Assembly: GCF_006345805.1 (NCBI RefSeq)
Contig: NW_021836023.1
Span: 1 to 25,650 of the forward strand
Direction: 5' to 3'
Length of the DNA stretch: 25,650 nucleotides
DNA from: Octopus sinensis
Taxonomy: Eukaryota
Below are positions 1-8,888 of the stretch, one piece after another; within the stretch, counting starts at the first letter, position 1, and each line of letters opens with the position of its first letter. The notes under the pieces are model-generated. The model ran no database searches, was not told the origin of the DNA, and saw only the letters and a list, made by a program, of their open reading frames with translations. Made by a program: the position numbers and the translations under genes.

Positions 1-262
1 GATTCCACTTCTACAGCTCTACTTGTTTCCTGTGAACCTTGTTACATGTTTGCCTAGCGGAACTTTTATTTTGGGTATTCTGCGACTAGGTTGCCCATTC
101 TGCTTTTTTCTTGAATTACTACAATTCGGATACGTTCTCGCAATGAAATACCTAGCATAGATCTTTCTGTGTCCCTTTGTATTGTAGCCAATCTATGTTC
201 TTTCTTCTTCACTGTATCCCATATCTCACTTGCATATAAATCCGATTGGTTCGCTACACTGT
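1..262 (-). mobile_element. RTE-clade LINE ORF2 relic (region C-terminal to the RT core), with stops and a frameshift
   Basis: Minus-strand frame reads LYASEIWDTVKKKEHRLATIQRDTERSMLGISLRERIRIVVIQEKSRMGNLVAEYPK*KFR*A..HVTRFTGN. This matches the RTE pattern LYxSETW...RLxxxQRxMERxMLGISLRDRIRN...KWRWAGHVxR. Continues past the window start. Confidence 0.8.
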
Positions 263-334
263 GTCCTTTTTTTTAGTACAATGAATATTCTATCAACTAT
301 TGATAATATTTTTCTAAAATATATACAACTCAAA

Positions 335-359
335 TATGTATGTAACGTATGTATGTATG

Positions 360-393
<34 letters not shown>

Positions 394-678
394 TGTATGT
401 ATGTTGTATGTATGTATGTATGTATGTATGTATGTATGTATGAATGTATGTAATGTGTGTATGTATGTATGTGTGTGTATGTATGTGTGTATGTATGTGT
501 TGTATGTATGTATGTATGTATGTATGTATGTATGTATGTATGTATGTATGTATGTATGTATGTATGTATGTATGTATGTATGTATGAATGTATGTAATGT
601 GTGTATGTATGTATGTGTGTGTATGTATGTGTGTATGTAATGTGTGTATGTATGTATGTATGTATGTATGTATGTATG

Positions 679-709
<31 letters not shown>

Positions 710-720
710 TGTGTGTGTGT
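335..720. repeat. (TATG)n microsatellite array with an internal 144-bp higher-order duplication
   Basis: Visible TATG repeat; the variant block GAATGTATGTAATGTGTGTATG... starts at both 442 and 586. Confidence 0.95.
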
Positions 721-830
721 CATTATTCAGTTTTATTTCAAGATTTCTTGCCAATAGAGAGAAGAGCCGTTTTCTAACCTAGGTCCAAAACTTCTTCATT
801 GGTATTTCTACAGCATCAACAGAGAATTTT

Positions 831-905
831 TGTATGTATGTATGTATGTATGTATGTATGTATGTATGTATGTATGTATGTATGTATGTACGTACTATGT
901 ATGTA
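831..905. repeat. (TATG)n microsatellite
   Basis: Visible tandem repeat. Confidence 0.95.
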
Positions 906-1477
906 TATGTGCAGATTTGTATGTTTTGTTTTATCGATGTATTCTCATGCATATAGTTGCATATCTAGACATGCTCATATATACTTAAATGCTAAACTTC
1001 TGGAAAGTTTTACAGATTTTTACAGTTCTAGTGATGGCTTAGATCTGTAGTCTTCGAATCAGCTTTCTCCTTTCTCCTTTCTCGTAGTCCGAGTGTTCCA
1101 TGGTTTTGAAGGGTATAGAACAACATCTTAACCATTATTATTACCAAGTTTACTCCGTCCCAGAGTATTAGTACCAGTTAGGGTCCAAGTTAAAGTTTAA
1201 TTAGCATGTGAACCAATGGGAGAGAAGTTCCCTAATTCTCGTTAGACCATTGTTCTAGGAGAACTAAACTCGTAAAAAAAAAAATCCTGATATGCAATCG
1301 GTTTCTGGTCAACTTTTGTTGTATCACTGGCTTTACAGATGATTGCGCTAAAAATGGATTCAGTGATGTGCAACACTTTATTCACACAAAACAAATTGAT
1401 TCACAGGAACTTCTCGGACTTTCGGAACATTTGCACGGATTTACTGGGTGTAGGAAGTGGTCTTACTCGGACATGAG

Positions 1478-1751
1478 TTAACTTCCACCATGTATGTGCA
1501 CTATTATATTTAGCACTTTCGTGTACACTCGGACGTGGAAGGGTCTCGCTGAGAAAACTGTCTCAGGAGCAAATACTTTTAATAGACATTCATAGCCCAG
1601 TGGTGTATTTTCACACATATCTATTAGGAGAATTGTTTTCCGAGACAGTTTCTGCAGCGAAAGTCTTTCCAAGTCCAAGTGTACACGATCTCTTCAAATG
1701 TAATCGTACCCATATGTTTCCATCAACACTGCTTCGAGTGCTTCTAGTTAA
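1478..1751. mobile_element. Degenerate palindromic (MITE-like) element
   Basis: 1519-1575 and 1631-1688 are inverted repeats (about 70-75% identity over about 57 bp by eye). TTAA occurs at 1478-1481 and 1748-1751 as possible boundaries. Confidence 0.5.
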
Positions 1752-1760
1752 CACAAACAC

Positions 1761-1803
<43 letters not shown>

Positions 1804-1830
1804 TGTATGTATGTATGTATGTATGTATAT
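1752..1830. repeat. (CA)n / (TATG)n compound microsatellite
   Basis: Visible tandem repeats. Confidence 0.9.
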
Positions 1831-2063
1831 AAGGCGGCGAGCTGGCAGAAACGTTAGCACGCCGGGCGAAATGCGTAGCCGTATTTCGTCTGCCGTTACG
1901 TTCTGAGTTCAAATTCCGCCGAGGTCGACTTTGCCTTTCATCCTTTCGGGGTCGATAAACTAAGTACCAGTTGCGCACTGGGTTCGATATAATCGACTTA
2001 ATCCGTTTGTCTGTCCTTGTTTGTCCTCTCTGTGTTTAGCCCCTTGTGGGTAGTAAAGAAATA
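1831..2063 (+). mobile_element. tRNA-headed SINE, family A, full length
   Basis: Head AAGGCGGCGAGCTGGCAGAAACG with A-box-like TGGCAGAAACG and B-box-like GTTCAAATTC. Core GCCTTTCATCCTTTCGGGGTCGATAAACTAAGTACCAG resembles the Meta-type SINE domain (recalled). Ends in AAGAAATA. A 14/15 flanking match (1816-1830 vs 2064-2078) lies in microsatellite. Homologous copies at 8060 and 17261-17664. Confidence 0.9.
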
Positions 2064-2899
2064 TATATGTATGTATATATGTTGTGTGTGCGTGTGTATC
2101 GAAAGATATTCACAACAAGCCTACGAATCATAGATTATATATTAAAATTCTAAGGGATTTCTGAATTATTAGGTGCTTTTGGAAGGAAGGAAGGAGTGGA
2201 ATCGAATGTTTCGATATCAGGAGATTGTTTCTATTTTATTTATTTATTTTTTTTATCGAGTCCTCCGGAGCAATGTAAATGACAATTGAATCCTGTAAAA
2301 TTTGAACCCAAGACCTTCAGGAACGCAATATAGTTTTCTTTAGTGATTCACCGTTTCAGCTCTTCCATCACTTTTAACTGGTATGACAATATCACAATGT
2401 CGCTATTATTTCCATTTTATTTTTCAGTAGCAAGAAAGAAGAAATAAACGAAAAACAAAAAAAAAAATACAGTTAAAATATTAAAATTTCAGTAATACAA
2501 CGAAATATTAAATAAAGAAAACTGCAAACTGAAGCGGTAAAAATATAACTGAGAACAACGAAAACGGCAGACAAAAATTTTAAGTTAACAGAAAAATGGA
2601 AAAAAAAAAAATGAAAAAAAAACCCAAAAAAAACATTTTTCAAAGCATGAGAAACGTAAAAGAAAATAAGAGAAATACTTCTTAAAATATGAAGACGAAC
2701 GAAAAAATATCAAGAAGGCAAAAGAAATTCATGAGAAAAAAAAAAAATATATATATATATATATATTAGGTTTTGCAACATTTAGAAGGGAAAGAAATGT
2801 CGAAGTAAGAGCACGTAATTGTTCCTTTAAAAACATTGTCACGAACTTCAATGTGTTTGTTTTGTGATATCAAATTGTCTGTTCGATATGTTTTTAGCT

Positions 2900-2912
2900 T
2901 ATATATATACAC

Positions 2913-2944
<32 letters not shown>

Positions 2945-3051
2945 GTATATATATATATGTGTGTGTGTATGTATGTGCGTATGTATGTACGTGTGTATGT
3001 GTGTATGTATACATACATATCTATCTATATTTATATTTATTATATATATAT

Positions 3052-3103
<52 letters not shown>

Positions 3104-3245
3104 TGTATGTGTATATATGTGTGTATGTATACATACATATCTATCTATATTTATATTTATATATATATATATATTATACACGCACATATTGTATGTGTAT
3201 ATATGTGTGTATGTATGTATGTATGTATGTATGTATGTATGTATA
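2900..3245. repeat. Compound (TA)n/(TG)n/(TATG)n array with internal tandem duplication
   Basis: 3001-3040 is identical to 3121-3160, and 3097-3130 recurs at 3183-3216. Confidence 0.9.
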
Positions 3246-3575
3246 TAAAGATGTTTTGTAAAATAAGTTAACAAGTGTCTGTTTATATATTCAATATGTG
3301 AAGCGATGATTTTAAAGAAATTCATGCAAAACTTGAACGAAAAAAAAAAACATAAGAGAGGGATAGAGAAAGAGAGAGGAGGAAGAAAGAAACAGAGGGA
3401 GGGGAAAGAAAGAGGGAGAGAAAATAAGGGTTAATGATTAGATTATGTGGCACTTTTAACACTTGCCAGGAAATGTTTCCAGAATTATTACTCACGCTGG
3501 GTATACGGAGGGGGTGCGCGTGTCAGTCAATTGAAATCACTCCAGTATCCAGACTACTATTTCATATTGTAGTAG

Positions 3576-3645
3576 TTATTTAGAGCCCTGTCAGCTCTGA
3601 ACGAACAGACTTACCACCAAAGACTTTCCAGCCATGACCGTTCCA
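3576..3645 (+). repeat. Fragment of an unclassified interspersed repeat (also at 7825 and 8641)
   Basis: GAACAGACTTACCACCAAAGACTTTCCAGCCATGACC resembles GAACAGACCTATGATTAAAGACACCC (8667) and GCATTTTAGCCGTGACC (7871). Confidence 0.45.
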
Positions 3646-3680
3646 ATTTGTTTTTTGCTTTTGCCTTTTGTTTTTAGACT

Positions 3681-3839
3681 CAGGCTTGACCATGTGGTAA
3701 AAAGCTTGTTTTTCGACCACATGATTCCAGGTTCAGTCATACTGCGTGGCACCTTGGGCATGTGTCTTCTACTATAGCATCGGTCTGACTAAAGACTTGT
3801 GAGTGGATGTGGTAAACGGAAACTGAAAGAAGCCTGACG

Positions 3840-3879
<40 letters not shown>

Positions 3880-4060
3880 CTTATTTATTTGTGCGTGTCC
3901 TTGTGTTTGTGCTTGTCCACAATCACTTGACAACCAGTGTTAATGCGTTTACGTCCCCGTAACCTAGCAGTTCAGCAAAAAGAGACTGATAGGATAAGTG
4001 TCGATTTCTTTTAAGGCGGTGCTCCAGGATGGCCGCAGTCAAATAACTGAAACAAGTAAA
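3681..4060 (+). mobile_element. tRNA-headed SINE, family B (bipartite, internal microsatellite)
   Basis: B-box-like GGTTCAGTC, CORE-like GCACCTTGGGCATGTG, internal (TA)n at about 3840-3876, 3' module ending GGCCGCAGTCAAATAACTGAAACAAGTAAA. Collinear with 7143-7605 and 15678-16085. Confidence 0.85.
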
Positions 4061-4213
4061 TTTAAACAAAAGAAGAGCTATATACCCTGGACTACATTAT
4101 CTCATTACGGGATGGCAGCGCTAAAAGCAGTGATGTGCATGAGTACGAACTTGTAACCAGTTAAAATATATGCTCGTGGGCTATTCGAACCCCTATGAAA
4201 GCCATTCACTGTG

Positions 4214-4438
4214 TTTTGTCAGGGAGAAAATTTTTGTCGCTGTAGTCAAATGGGTGTAAAGACATTGAATCAGCTCACAGCGCCACCTGACCATTCTAGG
4301 GGATGCATGCATTTCGGAGTGGTTATGGTTATCTCCCCTTCAACCACATTATCCAGCATTTCTTTTTCTTTTCGTTTTTTTTTTGTTGTTGTTGTTTTTT
4401 GTTTTTTCTTAAGAAGGTCAATTTTCTCCCTGACAAAA
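4214..4438. repeat. Perfect 19-bp inverted repeat with a 187-bp spacer
   Basis: TTTTGTCAGGGAGAAAATT (4214-4232) and AATTTTCTCCCTGACAAAA (4420-4438). No TSD found. Confidence 0.75.
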
Positions 4439-4602
4439 ATTGCGGGCGATTTGATTGTTAATTTGGTTGACTGAACACTATATATAGCTCGAACTCATTC
4501 GTTCGAGTTATACGTATGTTATCTGCTCATCGATGAGAATACAAAGTTGCCATTAGCGGGATGAGATATCAGAAGTCGGAGGAAGGAAACAAAATAGTGC
4601 CG

Positions 4603-5055
4603 GGATCTTTTCGGTTTGAACGGCAGTTTTTTTCTAGCGGTGTCATATGAAATTGTCACCCATAATCATGACCCTACTATCGATCTATTGCATTTCAATC
4701 TGTTTTAGGGTTAGGGTTAGTTAGGGTTAGGGTTAGGGTTAGGGTTAGGGTTAGGTGTGGGGGGGAAAGGTATCTTTTTTTCTTCAGAAATGTAAATAAA
4801 CCCAATCTGTTTCTTAAACGAGGGACATATTCATATGGCACAGAATGTTTTTTTACCTCAATAGACGTCATTGACTGATTGAAATTGCAGAAATTGAAGA
4901 AAAAAAGCAACAAATATCTTACAAACTATAGAATTTTCTCTATAAAGCCAAGAGAAAAAGATGTTTTATAAACACATTCTACCAGTATACGAAGTTTAAA
5001 AGTTTTTAGTTCCCTAGAAATTATGTTAAAAACTGCCGTTCAAACCGAAAAGATC
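4603..5055. mobile_element. Non-autonomous TIR element (Merlin-like MITE) with internal (TTAGGG)n, copy 1
   Basis: 28-bp perfect TIR GATCTTTTCGGTTTGAACGGCAGTTTTT. Seven perfect TTAGGG units at 4705-4750. Right terminal C and TSD are missing. About 90% similar to 6229-6665 by eye. Confidence 0.85.
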
Positions 5056-5085
5056 AAATCATGTTTAAGCTGATGTACCTTTAAT

Positions 5086-5552
5086 CTTTTACTTGTTTCA
5101 GTCATTAGACTGCGGTCATGCTGGGGCACCGCCCTGAAGAGTATTTTGTCGAGCGAATTGACCCGTATTGTTTTTCTTTTTTTTAAGTCAGGTACATATC
5201 ATATCGTGGAGGTGCAATGGCATGGTGTTTAGGGCAGCGGACTCGCGTTCGGAGGATCACGGTTTCGATTCCCAGACCGGGTGTTCTGTGTGTCTATTGA
5301 GCGTAAACACCAAAAAGCTCCACGAGGCTCCAGCAGGGGGTGGTGGCGACCCCTGTTTTACTCTTTCGCCACAACTTTCTCTCACATTCTCTTCCTGTTT
5401 TTAAGTAAAGCTGCGATGGACTGGTGTCCCATCCAGCTGGGGAGGGGAACACATACGCCACAGAAACCGGGAATCCAGGCCCATGAGCATAGCTAGGCTT
5501 GAAAAGGGCGACGTTTTTTACATATCATATCAGTATTTTCCCCGAACCACTT
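5086..5552 (-). mobile_element. SINE family B 3' fragment (antisense), interrupted by a family C SINE
   Basis: Reverse complement of 5086-5205 plus 5519-5552 matches the family B 3' module (GCGGTTCGG...GTACC...GGTCGA...GGCGGTGCCCCAGCATG.CCGCAGTC.AATGACTGAAACAAGTAAAAG). Confidence 0.75.
5206..5518 (+). mobile_element. tRNA-headed SINE, family C, full length with 13-bp TSD
   Basis: Head GTGGAGGTGCAATGGCATGGTGTTTAGGGCAGC with B box GGTTTCGATTCCC. TSD TACATATCATATC at 5193-5205 and 5519-5531. The 3' part contains CTGCGATGGACTGGTGTCCCATCCAG, a V-domain-like motif (recalled). Confidence 0.9.
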
Positions 5553-5676
5553 TAATCAGGTCCGTTTGATAATCACCAGGAGCTAAACAACAAATACTAA
5601 TAAAACTATTATTGGCAAACTTCCACTATGCTGATCTGCTGTTTGTTTCACTCTTCTTGGAATTTCATTCTTTTAG

Positions 5677-5965
5677 GGAATGAAAAAGGGGACACCGTTA
5701 TGGAGTGGATACCATGTTCAAAACAATGAAATGGCTCCACTTGGCTCAATAACTGGGTTTAACGGTAGCTTTAGCTTTATGATTTCTTAATCAGGGAATC
5801 GAACTGTTTGTTTATGTAGGAGTAAAACTGTAGAAGATGAAGAAGATAGTAACAGCCTGGAAGAAATTGCTATGCCGCAAAGAGGACAAGAAGTCTCACG
5901 TTTCTGCCAAAACTCTTCGTCAGAGATGAGTTTATTTGAGTTGCTGGATAAACAGATTGGGAGTA
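5677..5965 (+). other. Candidate coding segment(s) of an unidentified host gene
   Basis: Non-repetitive island with acceptors at 5676 (TTTCATTCTTTTAG) and 5794 (TTTCTTAATCAG) and donor GTGAGT at 5966. One frame reads GMKKGTPLWSGYHVQNNEMAPLGSITGFNGSFSFMIS*SGNRTVCLCRSKTVEDEEDSNSLEEIAMPQRGQEVSRFCQNSSSEMSLFELLDKQIGS. 5795-5965 would be a 171-nt symmetric phase-1 exon. No recognisable domain. Confidence 0.35.
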
Positions 5966-6228
5966 GTGAGTGAGAGAGAGAATTATTATAAAAGTGAGGA
6001 ATAAAGGGAGTGAAGGAGGGAAGAGAATAAGAAAGAAGTTGGATAGGTAACAAGGTGTGTGTGTGGGGGGGGGGTAAGTGTTAGCGGGCAGGTAACAGTT
6101 GAAGCAAAGAGAAAATCAATAGGAATGCAAGCAGATTGGACAAGGAGTTGAGAAGAAGAGAATTCTGGTTAAAGTTATGTCGTACGTATATTTGTGTATA
6201 TTTATGAGATCATGTGAATAATTGTGTG

Positions 6229-6665
6229 GGATCTTTTCGGTTTGACCGGCAGTTTTTTTCTAGCGGTGTCATATGAAATTGTCACCCATAATTATGACCC
6301 TAGTATCGATCTATTGCATTTCAATCTATTTTAGGGTTAGGGTTAATTAGGGTTAGGGTTAGGGGTGGGGAGGAGGGTATCTTTTTTTCTTCACAAATGT
6401 AAATGAACCCAATCTGTTTCTTAAACGAGGAACATATTTATACGGCACAGAATGTTTTTTTTTACCTCAATGGACGTCATTGATTGGTTGAAATTGAGAA
6501 ATTGAAGAAGTAAAAACAACAAATATCTTACAAACTATAGAATTTTCTCAATAAAGCCAAGAGAAAAAGATGTTTTATAAATACATTCTACCAGTATACG
6601 AAGTTTAACATTTTTTAGTTACCTAGAAATTATGTTAAAAACTGCCGTTCAAACCGAAAAGATCC
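6229..6665. mobile_element. Non-autonomous TIR element (Merlin-like MITE) with internal (TTAGGG)n, copy 2, intact
   Basis: 29-bp TIR GGATCTTTTCGGTTTGA(A/C)CGGCAGTTTTT (28/29 match). Perfect 8-bp TSD ATTGTGTG at 6221-6228 and 6666-6673. Five TTAGGG units at 6331-6364. GG termini plus an 8-bp TSD fit the Merlin superfamily. Confidence 0.9.
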
Positions 6666-6667
6666 AT

Positions 6668-6688
6668 TGTGTGTGTGTGTGTGTGTGT

Positions 6689-6720
<32 letters not shown>

Positions 6721-6725
6721 CATGC

Positions 6726-6778
<53 letters not shown>

Positions 6779-6848
6779 CGTGTGTGTGTGTGTGTGCGTG
6801 CGTGTGTGTGTTTGTGTGTGTGTGTGTATGTGCGTGCGTGTGTGTGTG
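6668..6848. repeat. (TG)n/(CG)n microsatellite
   Basis: Visible alternating purine-pyrimidine array that begins inside the right TSD of the MITE. Confidence 0.95.
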
Positions 6849-7142
6849 AATCCCCATAACCTCTTGAGTCAATAGACATGTAAGCTATGACCCATAACCG
6901 ATGAGATCATACAGATCACGTGACAATTTCGTTCCTAAATGTTTTAAGTAGAGCAGAACATCCAACGGGGCCCATTTTCCTTTCAAGCTAGGTTGAGTTT
7001 AATACCAAAACTGCCAACAAAACATATATTTGCCAATAAGATTCGTTCTGCGTTCCAATCGCACAGACGTCAGTTTCCCTTCACATACTCCCGTGGGCAA
7101 CATAATCGATTTTTACATCGCCAAAAGTTTTGCGGTCATGGT

Positions 7143-7338
7143 GCAGGAGCGGCTGTGGGGTAAATAGCTTGCTTATCAACCACGTGGTTCCGGGTTCAGT
7201 CCCACTGCGTGGCATCTTGGGCAAGTGTCCTCTACTATAGCCTCGGCCCAACCAAAGCCTTGTGAATGGATTTGATAGACGGAAACTGAAAGAAGTTCGT
7301 CGTATATATGTATATATATATTATATATATATATACAC

Positions 7339-7387
<49 letters not shown>

Positions 7388-7605
7388 TGCGTATGTGCTT
7401 GTCCCTGCAACATCGCTTGACAACCGATGCTGGCGTGTTTACGTCCCCGTATCTTAGCGGTTCGGCAAAAAGAGACCGATAGAATAAGTATTAGGCTTCC
7501 AAAGAATAAGTCCTGGGGTCGATTTGCTCGACTAAAAAGGCGGTGCTCCAGCATGGCCGAAGTCAAATGCCTGAAACAAGTGAAAGAATAAAAGAATAAA
7601 AGAAT
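7143..7605 (+). mobile_element. SINE family B, full length
   Basis: Head with GGTTCAGTCCC B box, GGCATCTTGGGCAAGTG core, internal (TA)n(TG)n at about 7302-7385, conserved 3' module, and (AAAGAAT)x3 tail. Confidence 0.9.
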
Positions 7606-7824
7606 GTATTTACGTTAGAAATCAATTAGACAGAAGTGTCTGTATTATTTTTTGGGTAATCTACACCACCGTCGATACCTATTTACAGCTACGTAGACTA
7701 TGTTATGTCCGTGTAAAATGTTTTGGCCATCAACAGAAGGCAGCGCTGGTGATGGAATATAAACTTTTGGTCAGATATTGCGCATGTTGTTGTTGATGAT
7801 GTTATCGTTGTTGTTGTTGTTGGT

Positions 7825-8021
7825 GTTTAACCTCTGCTCAATACTGAACCATCGAATCTAGGACAAAAATGCATTTTAGCCGTGACCACCTTTGTCGTTT
7901 GTTCGTAAACTATTTAATGTGTTCTCCCACTTCAAAAAAAAAAAACAAAACATTATAGTGTGATTTAAGAGATATTTAGCTATCTTTTCTAGCGAGGTGA
8001 GCGATTAAATAGAAGCTCCCT
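7825..8021 (+). repeat. Unclassified interspersed repeat following (GTT)n
   Basis: Shares GTTTAAC...GACC and GTG.TTT.AG.GA.ATTT...CT.TTTCTAGC...GCT.CCC modules with 8641-9080. Confidence 0.5.
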
Positions 8022-8059
8022 AAGTCGCGCATGATAGGAAGCGTGTTATGGAACGGACA

Positions 8060-8292
8060 AAGGCGGCGAGCTGGCAGAAACGTTAGCACGTCGGACGAAA
8101 TGCTTAGCGGTATTTCTTCTGCCGTTACGTTGTGAGTTCAAATTCCGCCGAGGTCGACTTTGCCTTTCATTCTTTCGGGGTCGATAAATTAAGCACCAGT
8201 AATGCACTGAGGTCGATGTAATCGACTTAATACCTATGTCTGTCCTTGTTTGTCCCCTCTATGTTTACCCCCTTGTGGGTAATAAAGAAATA
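8060..8292 (+). mobile_element. SINE family A, full length
   Basis: Collinear with 1831-2063; internal GGTATTTCTT and terminal AAGAAATA. No TSD seen. Confidence 0.9.
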
Positions 8293-8339
8293 TATTTTAG
8301 ATTTAAAACTCCTGTATATATAATCTTCTCATGTTAGGA

Positions 8340-8455
8340 TAGTAGTTGTTGTGGTTGTTGTTATTGTTGCTGTTTTTGTTACTGCTGTTGTTGTTGTTGT
8401 TGTTGCTTGCTGCTGCTGCTGCTGCTGCTGCTGTTGTTGTTGTTGCTGCTGCTGA
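8340..8455. repeat. (GTT)n/(GCT)n trinucleotide array
   Basis: Visible tandem repeats. Confidence 0.9.
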
Positions 8456-8640
8456 GCGAACGGTCTTCATCCCAGAGCTCGCAAGATGGGAAAAGTCCGA
8501 AACGTGGTCCTTTGCTATTCGTAAGACCCGCAGAAGAGAAAGCAGGTCAACCCCCGACATCAAGAGCATCGACGGATGGATGAATGCACATACAGGCTCA
8601 GCGGTTGCGTAGGAAGTCGGAGTGCTGCTGCTGCTGCTGT

Positions 8641-8839
8641 TGTTTAGCGTCACGTTGATCCTAATCGAACAGACCTATGATTAAAGACACCCAAACCGCA
8701 ATCACCTTTGCCCTGGGTTAAGTAGGACAACATTATTTGAGCCGATTCTTTACTTAACTCGGTAGCATGATATATGAGAGAGAACTGAGCTGAGACAATA
8801 AAACCTAACGTAGCCCCTTTTATTTTCTCTCTCTCTCTT

Positions 8840-8888
<49 letters not shown>

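Noticed and set aside
226-782. Long ORFs rich in YIHT/MYVC, and all similar ORFs (HT/CV, YI, SL, poly-I/M/L) across the window
   Set aside because: They are translations of stop-free microsatellite frames, often open on both strands, with no domain content.
1561-1745. Apparent RTE endonuclease-like peptides (VFAPET, TFAAET) on the minus strand
   Set aside because: Better explained by the inverted-repeat element; the resemblance is only a few residues.
1833-1920. Functional tRNA genes at the SINE heads (also 5206, 15516, 20996)
   Set aside because: A and B boxes are present, but each head continues into a SINE body and no complete cloverleaf could be drawn.
2766-2800. Mariner-like 5' TIR (TATTAGGTTTTGCAAC) after a (TA)n
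   Set aside because: No matching partner TIR or transposase sequence was found nearby; the similarity is too short.
4705-4755. True telomere or chromosome-fusion scar
   Set aside because: The arrays are short, single-orientation and sit at the same position inside two copies of a TIR element.
4603-6665. Composite transposon formed by the two MITE copies capturing the intervening DNA
   Set aside because: Copy 2 has its own TSD, and the outer flanks (TAGTGCCG vs ATTGTGTG) do not match. Independent insertions are more likely.
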